Of a DNA stretch of 64,000 bases, positions 53,629-64,000 are shown piece after piece. The DNA lies in assembly GCA_026936335.1 (NCBI GenBank), contig JAPMXV010000051.1, forward strand, positions 514,112 through 578,111, written 5' to 3'. Under the pieces are notes generated by a model. It did not search any database. It had not been told where the DNA came from and worked only from the letters and a program-made list of their open reading frames with translations. This DNA is from Mantamonas sphyraenae STR306 (lineage: Eukaryota; Protista; CRuMs). Each line of letters begins with the position of its first letter. The stretch's first letter is position 1. Made by a program: the position numbers and the translations under genes.

Positions 53629-54936
53629 ATGTCCACCACTTCGCAGCTCGCTCAGTTGAAGAACGTCACCACTGTCGTACGTAGAAGAGAGGGAGGTGGA
53701 GGAAGAGCGGGAGTGCAGGCGGTGGGTGGCTGACACATATGGGACACAGGTCGCGGACACAGGCGAAATCACAGCGATTGCTCAGTTCTCGCCGCAGGAC
53801 GCAACGACGAACCCGTCGCTCATTCTGAAGGCAGCCAAGCTGGAGGAGTACCAGTATCTGATCGACGAGGCGATCGAGTACGCCAAGGGCAAGACGCAGG
53901 ACGTGGAGGAGCAGGTGGCGGTGGCGGCGGACAAGCTGGTGGGTTTTGAAGAGGGAAAGGGAGTTTGGGGCGGGTAGTGGGAGGGGAGGGAGGAGGGAAC
54001 AAGGACCTGGGAGGAAGGAGGAGGGTTGCAGGCCCGAGGTGGGAGGTGTGTGAGAGGCGGTGTGTTGCAAGGGTCATGGTGGTCCGCAAAGTGTGGACCA
54101 GGGGACGGAATCGGAAAAGTCGGGAGACGCAGGAGGGTCGCTAACACACGACGTACGGGGGCGTGCGGGCATACGACGGGATGGTTGGGCGGGCGAATGG
54201 GAGACAGTTTGTGGCATTCGGCACGCAGATCCTGTCGATCATCCCGGGCCGTGTGTCGACGGAGATTGACGCACGGCTGTCGTTCGACACCGAGGCGACT
54301 GTGGCACGTGCACGACAGATCATCGAGCTGTACAAGGAGGCCGGCATCGAGGCGGACCGTGTGCTGATCAAGATTGCGTCGACGTGGGAGGGAATCCAGG
54401 CAGCGGCAGCGCTGGAGAAGGAGGGGATCCACTGCAACCTGACGCTGCTGTTTTCGTTCTGCCAGGCAGTGGCATGTGCAGACGCAGGAGTGACGCTGAT
54501 CTCACCGTTTGTGGGCCGTATCCTGGATTGGTACAAGGCGAGCACGGGCAAGGAGTACACGGCGGAGGAGGACCCCGGCGTGGCGAGCGTGACACGCATC
54601 TACAACTACTACAAGAACCACGGGTACGAGACAATTGTGATGGGAGCGTCGTTTCGCTCGAAGGAGCAGGTGCTTGCGCTTGCCGGATGCGACTTTTTGA
54701 CGATTGCTCCGTCGCTGCTGGAGCAACTGGCCGGCAGCGAGGAGGAGGTGCCGCAGCGTCTGAGCGTGGAGAACGCCAAAGAAAGCGCAGAGGACAAGGT
54801 GTCGTTTGACGAGAGCTCGTTCCGCTGGAACCTGAACGAGGACGCAATGGCCACGGAGAAGCTGGCGGAGGGCATCCGCAAGTTTGCGGCGGACATGGTG
54901 ACGCTGGAGGAGATGTTGCGCAGCAAGCTGGAGTGA
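53629..54936 (+). CDS. TALDO1: Transaldolase; two introns
   Basis: [54 protein letters not shown]. Confidence 0.95.
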
Positions 54937-55050
54937 AGGAATGAAGGGTGAGGGAAGATGGTCAATGGTGGTCATTGAGGTGTGTGCCGCTGCGGTGCGT
55001 CGGAGGCGGCACACAAACCCAAACCCCCCAAAAAACAACAAAACTCCGCA

Positions 55051-56689
55051 ATGAGCAGAGGAAGCACTTTTGTTCTGCTTATGCTGGTGGCATCTGCACT
55101 GGTTGCATGCGCGGCTGCGTCGTCTGACGACGAGCAGCTGCTGGACCTGCTGATGCCGCAGCAGGAGGTGGATGTGGAGTCGAGCGAGTCGAGCGAGTCG
55201 AGCAGCAGCGACGAGGAGCTGGAGGACTCTGCAAGCGATGAGGCCAAGAGCAAGGTTGCCCTCGCTCTCGAAGCAGCTGTTGCGCAGGCAGCCATGCAGG
55301 GTGAAAAGGTTCTGTAAGTTGATGGCGCGTGTTTGGGGCTGGAGAGGGTTGCGGTATTCCGGACTCGCCAAAAAAAGGGGGGTGTTTTCCCGTCGTCGAG
55401 CCAGGCTCGTGCGCTGCAGGGAGAGGAAAAGGCAGTGTGGAAATGCGCTTGTTTGCATGGCAGGATGGAGTGCTAAATGCCAGGATAGTTGGATGTGCAG
55501 TGACGTGCGTGTTGGGTGTGGGGTGTTGTGGGACCCGGGAGGGCTTTTTTTTGTTTGATTTTCGTGTTTCGCTGACGTTGAGAAACTTTTCGTACTGTAG
55601 CGAGGCGATTGAGAAGAAGGGCGGCAAGAAGGGCCTGGGCGCTCTGTTTGCCGGTCAGATTGCCAAGCCTGCTGTCATGCCGATTTCGATGATTGGACGT
55701 GGTCGCTGGGGCCGCAAGGGACGCAAGGGCCGCAAGGGTCGCCGTGGTCGCTTCGGTCGCCGTGGTCGCTTCGGTCGCCGTGGTCGTTGGGGCCGCAAGG
55801 GACGCAAGGGACGCAAGGGCCGCAAGGGTCGCGTGGTCGCTTCGGTCGCCGTGGTCGCTTCGGTCGCCGTGGTCGTTGGGGCCGCAAGGGACGCAAGGGA
55901 CGCAAGGGCCGCAAGGGTCGCCGTGGTCGCTTCGGTCGCCGTGGTCGCTTCGGTCGCCGTGGTCGTTGGGGCCGCAAGGGCCGCAAGGGTCGCAAGGGTC
56001 GCAAGGGTCGCTGGGCTCGCCGTGGTCGCTGGGGCCGCAAGGGACGCAAGGGCCGCAAGGGTCGCAAGGGTCGCAAGGGTCGCTGGGCTCGCCGTGGTCG
56101 CTGGGGCCGCAAGGGTCGCAAGGGACGCAAGGGCCGCAAGGGTCGCCGCTGCGGATTCCGTCGTCATGGTCGCCGTGGCCGCTGGGGCCGCAAGGGTCGC
56201 AAGGGTCGCAAGGGTCGCAAGGGCCGCCGCTTCGGTCGCCGCTTCGGTCGCCGTGGCCGCTGGGGCCGCAAGGGCCGCAAGGGTCGCAAGGGTCGCAAGG
56301 GCCGCCGCTTCGCCCGCTGGGCAAAGATGGCCCGCGGCAAGTTTGGCAAGATGCGCCGTCGCTTCGGCCGCCGTTTCAAGGGCGGCGTCATGAAGATTGT
56401 CTTGCGTCTGGCCAAGGCTAAGCGTCTGCCGTGCACAATCATCCGCAAGGTCGCCGCCAAGGCCTGCAAGAAGCTGAGCAAGAAGGCCAAGACGGTCGCC
56501 AAGGCAATTGACGCCTCCACTGGCTCTTCCCTCAAGCAAGGCGTCAAGTCCGCTATCTCTGCCTTGGGCGCCACCGTGCAGACCATGAAGTGCAACGACC
56601 TCAAGTCTACCCTGTCCGGCATCGCCACCCAGATCAAGCAGATGCGCGCCGCAAGGAAGCTCGCAAAGGTTGCCGCCAACCTTTTCTGA
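55051..56689 (+). CDS. Secreted protein: signal peptide, acidic pro-region, (GRK/GRF/GRW)n cationic repeats, Cys-containing helical tail; one intron and a 1-nt frameshift at ~55832
   Basis: [23 protein letters not shown] signal; intron ~55315-55600; one repeat unit lacks a C at ~55832 compared with the neighbouring units. Confidence 0.7.
55697..56320 (+). repeat. Coding repeat array built from 9-nt units ([12 protein letters not shown])
   Basis: ggNcgcaag / ggtcgcttc / ggtcgctgg units. Confidence 0.9.
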
Positions 56690-56795
56690 GCATCATCACT
56701 TGGCTGAGCACCATGTTTGTCTGACACACACGTCAATGTATGCATTGGAGTTCGCTGAACAGGATCACTTTGCTTCGCACCGTTGCCCACACAAA

Positions 56796-59700
56796 ATGCA
56801 GCCACCAAACCCAAGAGTGAGGCGCCACATTGTCGCTCGCACCAAGCGGTATATGCGCTGGGGGCTGCACTTGGACTTGTGGGTGCACAAGGCCTTCTTC
56901 CGCCATGGCATGCGTGTGAGCAGGCATCCGTGGCGATGGATCGCCGGCACCCTGCTTCTCCTTTGCATGCCCCTGCTGATGCTACCGGAATTCACAACGT
57001 ACCCCGGGGTTGCGCCGCTCTTGTTTGACGCCAATATGGGGTCGTTCGACGCCTTGCGCAACTTTGGAGCGCAGGGAAACCTCGACGTCGTGCTCGCCAC
57101 AGAGGCAACCCTCGCCTCCTCTACAGCTCCCCTCGTCGGGAATGTGCTCACCGAAGCAGCACTAGACGCATTGTGGCATGCCACCGCGATTGTACAGGAC
57201 CAGAGGCATCTCTATGAGGGCCAGTCGCTCGGTTTGCAGCAGGTCTGCCAAAGCGACGTCTCAACCCTTCGCACACACAAGGCTGACCCGATCTCAAGGG
57301 CCAGTGACGTCACAGAGTGCAACCGGATGTCGGTTTTGGATGTGTGGCCGTCGCGCGAGGCGTATGCGAAGGATGCCGCCAAAGTGGACACTGTTGCTGC
57401 CGCAGTTGTCCAATCTGGGTCCGGCAGGCGGCTGCGTTTGGCCTCCGGCAAGGTGCTCCCGCTCGAGCTTCTCGGGACGGGGTGGGGCTTCAACGACACA
57501 GGGAAGCTGACAGAGGTGCGCATGTTTCGCATGCGCTGGGAACTGGCTGGCGTAGGTTTTGCGAAGAATGTGGCATTTTGGCCCGAAGAAGAAACCCAAA
57601 CGCTGACGCTGACGCACATCCGCAGGTCCCAGAGACGCCCGAACTCAACACACGCACTTTGGCTGTGAGGTCCTTGATGCAGAAGATCAACCTGGCGATG
57701 CAGGAGCTGTCCGAGAAGACGGCGAGCGTGGCATTGTTGATCACCTCTACGGTGAGTGCCCGAGCGTGCCGGAGCAATCACGAAAACTCCAGGTGAGCAA
57801 CAGACTGCATTGGCTGACACTGGAATCATCACACACCACACACACGCAGCCGAGGCCATTGGCGACCGATTCACTTTTCACCGACTTTTTCATCTTTGTC
57901 GGCCTCGTGTTTGCGTACACAATCACAGTCGGCGTCTCCATCAGCAAGAGAGGTGGAAACGCTGGCGTGTTGTTCCTGGGCTCTTTCAACGCGCTGCTAT
58001 CGGCCATTGCAACGGCGGGGCTGTTTGGCATGGTCGGCATCTCCGGCGCGCCCACAACTCTTTACGGGGCAGGAGTGGTCCTTGCCATCGGTGTAGACGA
58101 TGTCTTTCTGCTAGTGAGCACCGTGTCGCGTGTGCGCGATGACAACCCACGCCGCAGGCTTGCCCGGGGAGTCGCCGAGTCGGCGACGTCCATCTTGATG
58201 ACCACAGTGACCGATCTCGTCGTTTTTGGATTCCCAATCCTTGCAGGTGGCTCTCCCAGCGTCAAGAATCTGTGTCTGTTTATCACAATCGGGCTGTCAG
58301 TGGACTTTGTGGCGCAGTTGGGTCTCGTGGTGGGTGCTCTCGCGATCGACGTGCAGCGTCAGAGTTCAAACCAGCGCAGCAGCAGACGGTGCCTCGGACT
58401 TGTTTCAAAGGCATCTGACAAAGCGGCTGTGACCAATGACGAGGATCTGCAGAGCAGCGTCCAGCGGAATGACACGGGCGTTGACAACAGCTCGCCACGC
58501 ACGAACGACGTTTCTACGGTCACAGAGGACACGACGTCGAGGTACATTGTCGTTGCAAAGGAGAAGGACGCGTTTAGTGTCGCAGACAGTGACATAGAAG
58601 CCATAGAGGTCGATGATCGCCTCTTGTGGCGCGACGACTCGAGTGCGTTGGCGCGCATGCTTTCAAGCAAGTGGGCGCTTTGGACTTTTCACCCCTCATT
58701 CAAAGCAATGGCACTGTTGCTTTTCCTCTCTGTGCTGGGTCTGGCTGTGTATTGTGTGGTCGCGGGACCTCTGCAAGTGGCGCTTTTGCAGGACATTGGA
58801 AACGACGACGCCGTGGAGTACATTCGAGCACGGAAAATCATGTACGCGAGCATGGAAGTAGCTGACGAGCAGTACATGCTTGTTGAACGGGGCACCGCGT
58901 ACTGGAAGAGCGATGTTCAGAAACGACTGGCTCGAGTCTGTGACCAGATTGCAGGGTTGAATTCCTCGCTCGCGCACCCGCTTTGGGCGCATGGACGATC
59001 CTGTTGGTGGCAGAACTTCACCACGTGGAGCAACGGCACCATTGAAACCTCCTCCGAGGCATTTGTCGCCCAGCTCAAGAGGTTTCTGGCCGAAGACGCC
59101 CAAGCCGCATTCAGGCAGCACATCCTTTTCTCAGAGGGCGGACAACACGTGCACATGACTCGGTTCACTTGGTTTGCACCGGCGTACAGGGACCTGGAAG
59201 ACAGCCTCACTCAGGCCGCGCAGATGTTGGCCTCACTGCCACAGGAACCAGAGGCACGCTTTGCCGGGGTCCGCATCCACATGGCGCTCTCGGCAAAGCT
59301 GACGGAAGCCGCCCTTGTGGAAACAGGGGTTGTGACATCAGTGATCGTTGCCGTGGTCGCTGGGTTGTTCCTTGTGAACCCATTCACGGGTGTGATTGTG
59401 TCCGTGGCGATGGGAATGACTGCCCTCTCTGTGTTTGGTCTGCTGCGGCTGCTTCCAATGTGGAACGTTGACAGCACGATGCTGTTCATGGCCATCCTGA
59501 CAATGGGCTTTGGAGTCGACTTTACGTCGCACATCATCCATGCTTTCAACACAACGGGTGGAGGCTTGGTCATTCGCACTCAAACTGCGTTTGCCGTCGT
59601 TGGGAGCTCGATCGTGCACGGTTGCTTCTCAGCCGTCGTGGCCATGATCTGTACGGCGATGCTGTCCACGTCCGAATCGGTGGCTGCCACCTTTGCGGTG

Positions 59701-59889
59701 TTTTGCGCCTCGCTTGTCATCTCGTTGGTGCTAGCCATCACAGTGACGCCTGTCATTCTGCACTATGTGCAACCCCCACCGGCACTGCGTGACATGGAGA
59801 TGCATCTATACCGAAAGGCGCAGCTGCAGTCCCTCGAGTGGAGGCTTCACAGAGAAATGGTGGCTGAAAAGGAGCGGGTGTTGGCGTGA
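56796..59889 (+). CDS. Patched/NPC1-family sterol-sensing-domain (RND) membrane protein; two introns
   Basis: LAIGVDDVFLL and GFGVDFTSHI (GxxxD) motifs; two TM clusters; introns ~57552-57625 and ~57752-57849. Confidence 0.82.
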
Positions 59890-59913
59890 GACCGAGGTGA
59901 ATGAAAGGGTGGT

Positions 59914-62900
59914 TCATTCGAGGCGTTGGCGTTTGGAGGAGGAGGAGGAGGACGAAGGGTCTTTGCGCTTGGGGAGGGTGAAGGAGGGGATGGGGTAGGC
60001 GTTGACGAGTGTATAGGTGGTGGGACGGGTGGCGGTGTGGGGTGTGATGCGGTCGATGAGGGTGTGGAGGAGGGTGTGCAGTGTGGCGTCGCTGGGTTTG
60101 GGTTTGTCGAGCCAGGCGATCTTCAGGGAGAGGGAGGTGACGCCGCGGTTGAGGGTGTGCTTGATGGCAGGTCGAACCTGCTTGTAGGTGAGGTGTGGCC
60201 TGAGGAGGCGGACAAAGAAGGCCAGGTCGACGGGCGGCACCCCAACTTTGCCCAGCGCCAGGATGATGTGTCGCAGCAGAGACAGCACGCTGCCGTTGTT
60301 GATCAGCTCACGCAGTGCATGGTGCTCGTGTGCGTGCTGATGGCGAGGGTGCTTGGCTGCGCGTGCCTTCATGTGTGCCAGCAGCGTCTGGAACTCCCGC
60401 GCCGTGCAGCTGCCACGCTCGTCGGTCGCGTCACCCCGGGTCTTTCTCCAGCCGCTGCGCACAGACTCCGGATGCCACTTGTCCACCTTGGTGGTGATGA
60501 GGTGGTGGTCGTAGTCGCATTGTGACCAGTGTGGGTCACTGTCGCTGTCAGCAGGGCGTCGTGCTTTCTTCAGCCACAGCTGGGTCTGCTTGTGCTGCTT
60601 CCAGGTGGTGGGATGAGGCCTGTTGCCAAGGGTGTCCATCTCTGTCATGATCAGGTGGAGTAGGGCGTAGTTGGGGTCACCGTGGTCGTGTGGTTCCTCT
60701 AGCCAGCACACCTTCAACCCAGCCTTTGTCACACCCATAGCCAGACCAGCGTTGGGAATGGCCAATCTGCATGCCTGTTGATCCATATCACGGCCAAGAA
60801 GGGCGAGGCAGAAGGCCATGTCGCCCTTGGAGAGGGGAATGTTGCCCAGAGCGAGCTGAATCTGTCGGACCAGCGCCAACAGGGTGCCATGGCAGACCAT
60901 AACACGCGCCTGCAGGGTCATGAGGTCAGGGATGTCGTCGATGGGATGCGCGTTGGCCAGAGCGTGCATGTGGTTCAGCAGTGACGTGTGCTCCTTCTTG
61001 TTGCTGTGGCTGCGCTCGCTCCTGCGCCAGTTTGTCCAGCCACTGCGCACAACGCCATCTGGCAGTCCATCTTCCACGGCCATCTTCTCCTCCCCTGTGG
61101 GCTCAGGAAGAATAAGCTCGGGGGGTATCGAGGGTGATGACTGCGTCGACGGTGGTGGGTCGAGTGTTGATGTGGGGTGTGATGCGGTCGATGAGGGTGT
61201 GGAGGAGGGTGTGCAGTGTGGCGTCGCTAGGTTGGGGGTTGTCGAGCCAGGCGATCTTGAGGGAGAGGGAGGTGACGCCGCGGGTGAGGGTGAGGCTGAT
61301 GGCAGATTGCACCTGCTTGTAGGTGAGGCGTGGCCTAAGGAGGCGGACAAAGAAGGCCAGGTCGACAGGCGGCACGCCAACGTTGCCCAGCGCCAGGATG
61401 ATGTGCCGCACCAGGGAGTTCAGGCTGCCGTTGTTGATCAGCTCACGCAGTGCCTGGTGCTCGTGTGAGTGCTGATGGCGAGGGTGCTTGGCTGCGCGTG
61501 CCTTCATGTGTGCCAGCAGCGTCTGGAACTCCCGCGCCGTGCAGCTACCACGCTCGTCGTTGTACGTGTTGGTGCTCCAGCCACTGCGCACAGACTCCGG
61601 ATGCCACTTGTCCACCTTGGTGGTGGTGAGGTGGTGGTCGTAGTCGCATTGTGTCCAGTGTGGGTCGCTGTCGTTGTCAGCAGGGCGTCGTGCTTTCTGC
61701 AGCCTCAGCTGGGTCTGCTTGTGCTCCTTCCAGGTGGTGGGATGGGGCCTGTCGACGAGAGTGTCCATCTCTGTCATGAGCAGGTGGAGGAGGGCGTAGT
61801 TGGGGTCGCCATGGTCGTGTGGCTCCTCCAGCCAGCACACCTTCAACCCAGCCTTGGTCACACCCATGGCCAGACCAGCGTCATGGATGGCAAGTCTGCA
61901 TGCCAATCGATCCTCATTTCGGCCGAGAAGGGTGAGGCAGAGGGCCATGTCGCCCTGGGAGAGGGGAATGTTGCCCAGCGCGAGCTGAATCTGTCGGACA
62001 AGCGTCAGCAGGGTGCCATGGCAGACCACAACATGCGCCTGCGGGGTCATGAGGTCGGGGACGTTGTCTATGGGATACTCGTTGGCCAGGGTGTGCATGT
62101 GGTTCAGCAGAGCCGTGTGCTCCTTCTTGTTGCTGTGGCTGCGCTCGTCACTGCGCCAGTTCTGCGACCACCCTTTGCGCACAACGCCATCTGGCAACTT
62201 CACGCCTGCTTTCTTCCGTGCACCGTTGTCTCCGTTCTTGGCCCACCTTGCCCGTGTGCTCGACGTTCCTGTCTCTGTGCCACTGCCAGCCGTGACCCTG
62301 AGCCTGCGCTGTCCGCTGCCTTTCATCTTTTGTGGACCGGTGCGTCGGCTGGTGTGGCACCTGCGTCGTCGCGTGTGGCCTCTTCTTGTGCGGCTCGGCT
62401 GCCATTCGTCCGTGTCCTCCTGCTCCATGTCGTCTGCGTCGTCGTCACTGTCGCCTTGCGGCACGTACTCCTCATCCATGGCATCACCAGTGTCTGCAAT
62501 GCTGAGTGAGCCCTGAATTTGCAACTCGTCATCCACGTGCTGCTGGGTTGAGTCCTTTGCCTCGCCGTCTTCTTCGTACGCCTCCATCCATGAGCTGCTC
62601 ATCCAATCTGAGTTGCTGGAGATTGACCGTGATTCACGGTGGCCAAAGTTGAGAAACATCAGGTCCTCCACGTCGCCGGTGTCATGTGTGTGGGTGTCCT
62701 GGTCTGCGTCGTCGTCGTCGTCGCTGTCTCCAGTCTGCCGTGTGGCCTGGTGGGAGGAGGTCGACGATGTGGTGGTCGATGTGGTCCGTGTGATGCCGAC
62801 AAACGCAGGGCTGACGCGATTGGGGACGCGGTTGTGGTTTGTGGCGGATTGAGCAGGCGGAGGGTGCCACGGAAGCTGAGCAAAGTGCATCTGGGCGGTT

Positions 62901-63486
62901 TGTCGCGGCTGAGGAGGCGGCGGAGGAGGGTAGGCGTAGTATGGGTGGCCCTGATGAGCACATGAGTGGTGCTGCTGCGGGTGGGTGTTGACAGGGACCC
63001 AGATGATGGGTGGTTGTGGGTGCTGGTACGGGTTTTGTACGCCAGAGACGGGCAGCATGTACGGAAACGGCTGGGCAGCCATGGGAGGGACCATGTACGC
63101 GTAGCTGTGGGGGAGACGGGCAGGGGCAGGGCGGGGTAGGAACGGTTAGCGGAAGGCAGAATGGACGCCGTCAGGGCAGAAGCGGGGTGAAGGGAGGCTG
63201 GAACGAGCAAAGAGGGGAAAACGGAGGAGATTGGCAGACGGGGAAACCGGCAACAGGAGGGCAGTGACAGAAGAGGGGGGATCGGAGAAGAGCGGAGAAG
63301 GCAGCAACAGTGGTGATGGGGAAGTAGAGAAGCAGGGGAGAAGTGGAAGGAAGCGATGGAGGCATGGAGGAGGCAAGGAAGCTGGAGAAGCGGGCAGTCA
63401 GAAAACGGAGTGGAAGGCAGAACGCACGCTGGGTAGGTGTTGGGTGTGTGTTGTTGCTTCGGAGTGCTTGGGTAGTCTTCGTCCAT
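59914..63486 (-). CDS. Subtelomeric hypothetical protein with tandemly duplicated unknown domains (likely one gene with a frameshift at the G6 run 61120-61125)
   Basis: ORFs 61103-63094 and 59914-61380 fuse if one base is removed from the homopolymer; putative first exon 63486-63428, intron to ~63105. Confidence 0.55.
60036..62196. repeat. ~1.03-kb direct tandem duplication (60036-61064 and 61171-62196)
   Basis: Two aligned copies with many substitutions; offset ~1.13 kb. Confidence 0.88.
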
Positions 63487-63756
63487 CGTGGTGGTGGTGG
63501 TATTGGAGTGTATGTGGATTGTGTTGGACTGGTGGAGGGTGTTGTGGGTGTTGGTGATACTTTGGTTGAAGGCGGATGGGCAGTGCTGACTGCGCGGCGT
63601 TGCAGGCCGACGGCCAATCACCAGCAACATTCCTACTCCCACCCACTGCCCACTGCCCCGTGTCATCACTCAACTCAGCCACTCTGCCAGCAGACACAAG
63701 CACAACTCACCTGACCTAGACCGGACCCATCATTTTCAATGATCAACATGAAGGAG

Positions 63757-63921
63757 TTTGGGTTAGGGTTAGGGTTAGGGTTAGGGTTAGGGTTAGGGTT
63801 AGGGCTAGGGTTAGGGTTAGGGTTAGGGTTAGGGTTAGGGTTAGGGTTAGGGTTAGGGTTAGGGTTAGGGTTAGGGTTAGGGTTAGGGTTAGGGTTAGGG
63901 TTAGGGTTAGGGTTAGGGTTG

Positions 63922-63953
<32 letters not shown>

Positions 63954-64000
63954 GGTTAGGGTTAGGGTTGGTTAAGGGTTAGGGTTAGGGTTAGGGTTAG
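63757..64000 (+). repeat. Telomeric (TTAGGG)n array; chromosome end
   Basis: ~40 TTAGGG units with rare variants (CTAGGG, TTGGGG, TTTAGGG). Confidence 0.97.

Noticed and set aside
51071-56539. Repeat arrays as CRISPR-like arrays, and alternate-frame collagen-like (GPQGSQ) or CDPCGP ORFs
   Set aside because: The repeats are contiguous with no unique spacers, and the alternate ORFs are shadows of the Arg/Gly-rich coding frames.
63739-63975. GL-repeat ORF
   Set aside because: Translation of the telomeric TTAGGG array.
1-64000. tRNA/rRNA genes and a prokaryotic origin of the window
   Set aside because: No tRNA or rRNA signature was recognised by eye; introns, the telomere and flagellar genes show a eukaryotic nuclear chromosome.

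Overview
This 64-kb window is the right-hand end of a chromosome from a very gene-dense, GC-rich eukaryote. It has spliceosomal GT-AG introns with strong CTRAC branch points, flagellar genes (IFT56, DNAL4) and a terminal (TTAGGG)n telomere at about 63.76-64.0 kb, so it is probably a flagellated protist. About 30 genes are present, most of them housekeeping: IPPK, NAA38-like, mitochondrial ACP, TOP3A, TK1, UCHL3, TBCA, PMM, ADA2 (two copies), RFC2, HGH1, USP36/42, SYS1, transaldolase and a Patched/NPC1-like gene. The stand-out locus is an uninterrupted ~5.5-kb ORF (2717-8185, ~1820 aa). Its C-terminus carries a complete Fanzor/TnpB-type RuvC + zinc-finger module (MDPG ... IGD ... VNECNTTLRCPTC ... 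CERC ... NRD). Its N-terminal part shows FEN1/XPG-like (PIN-fold) 5' nuclease motifs. It is followed by an unusually long (~1.1 kb) non-coding gap where an omegaRNA could lie. Together this is a candidate giant, dual-nuclease, RNA-guided eukaryotic endonuclease. Other unusual loci: a CHAT(caspase-like)-STAND/NB-ARC-SAM-SH2 protein; two secreted acidic-pro/extremely cationic repeat proteins; a near-identical inverted ADA2 duplication abutting the RFC2 start; an LRR-pseudoSDR fusion; and a subtelomeric gene made of duplicated unknown domains. Several small frameshifts suggest indel errors in the assembly. All calls come from motif recognition by eye; no database searches were run.
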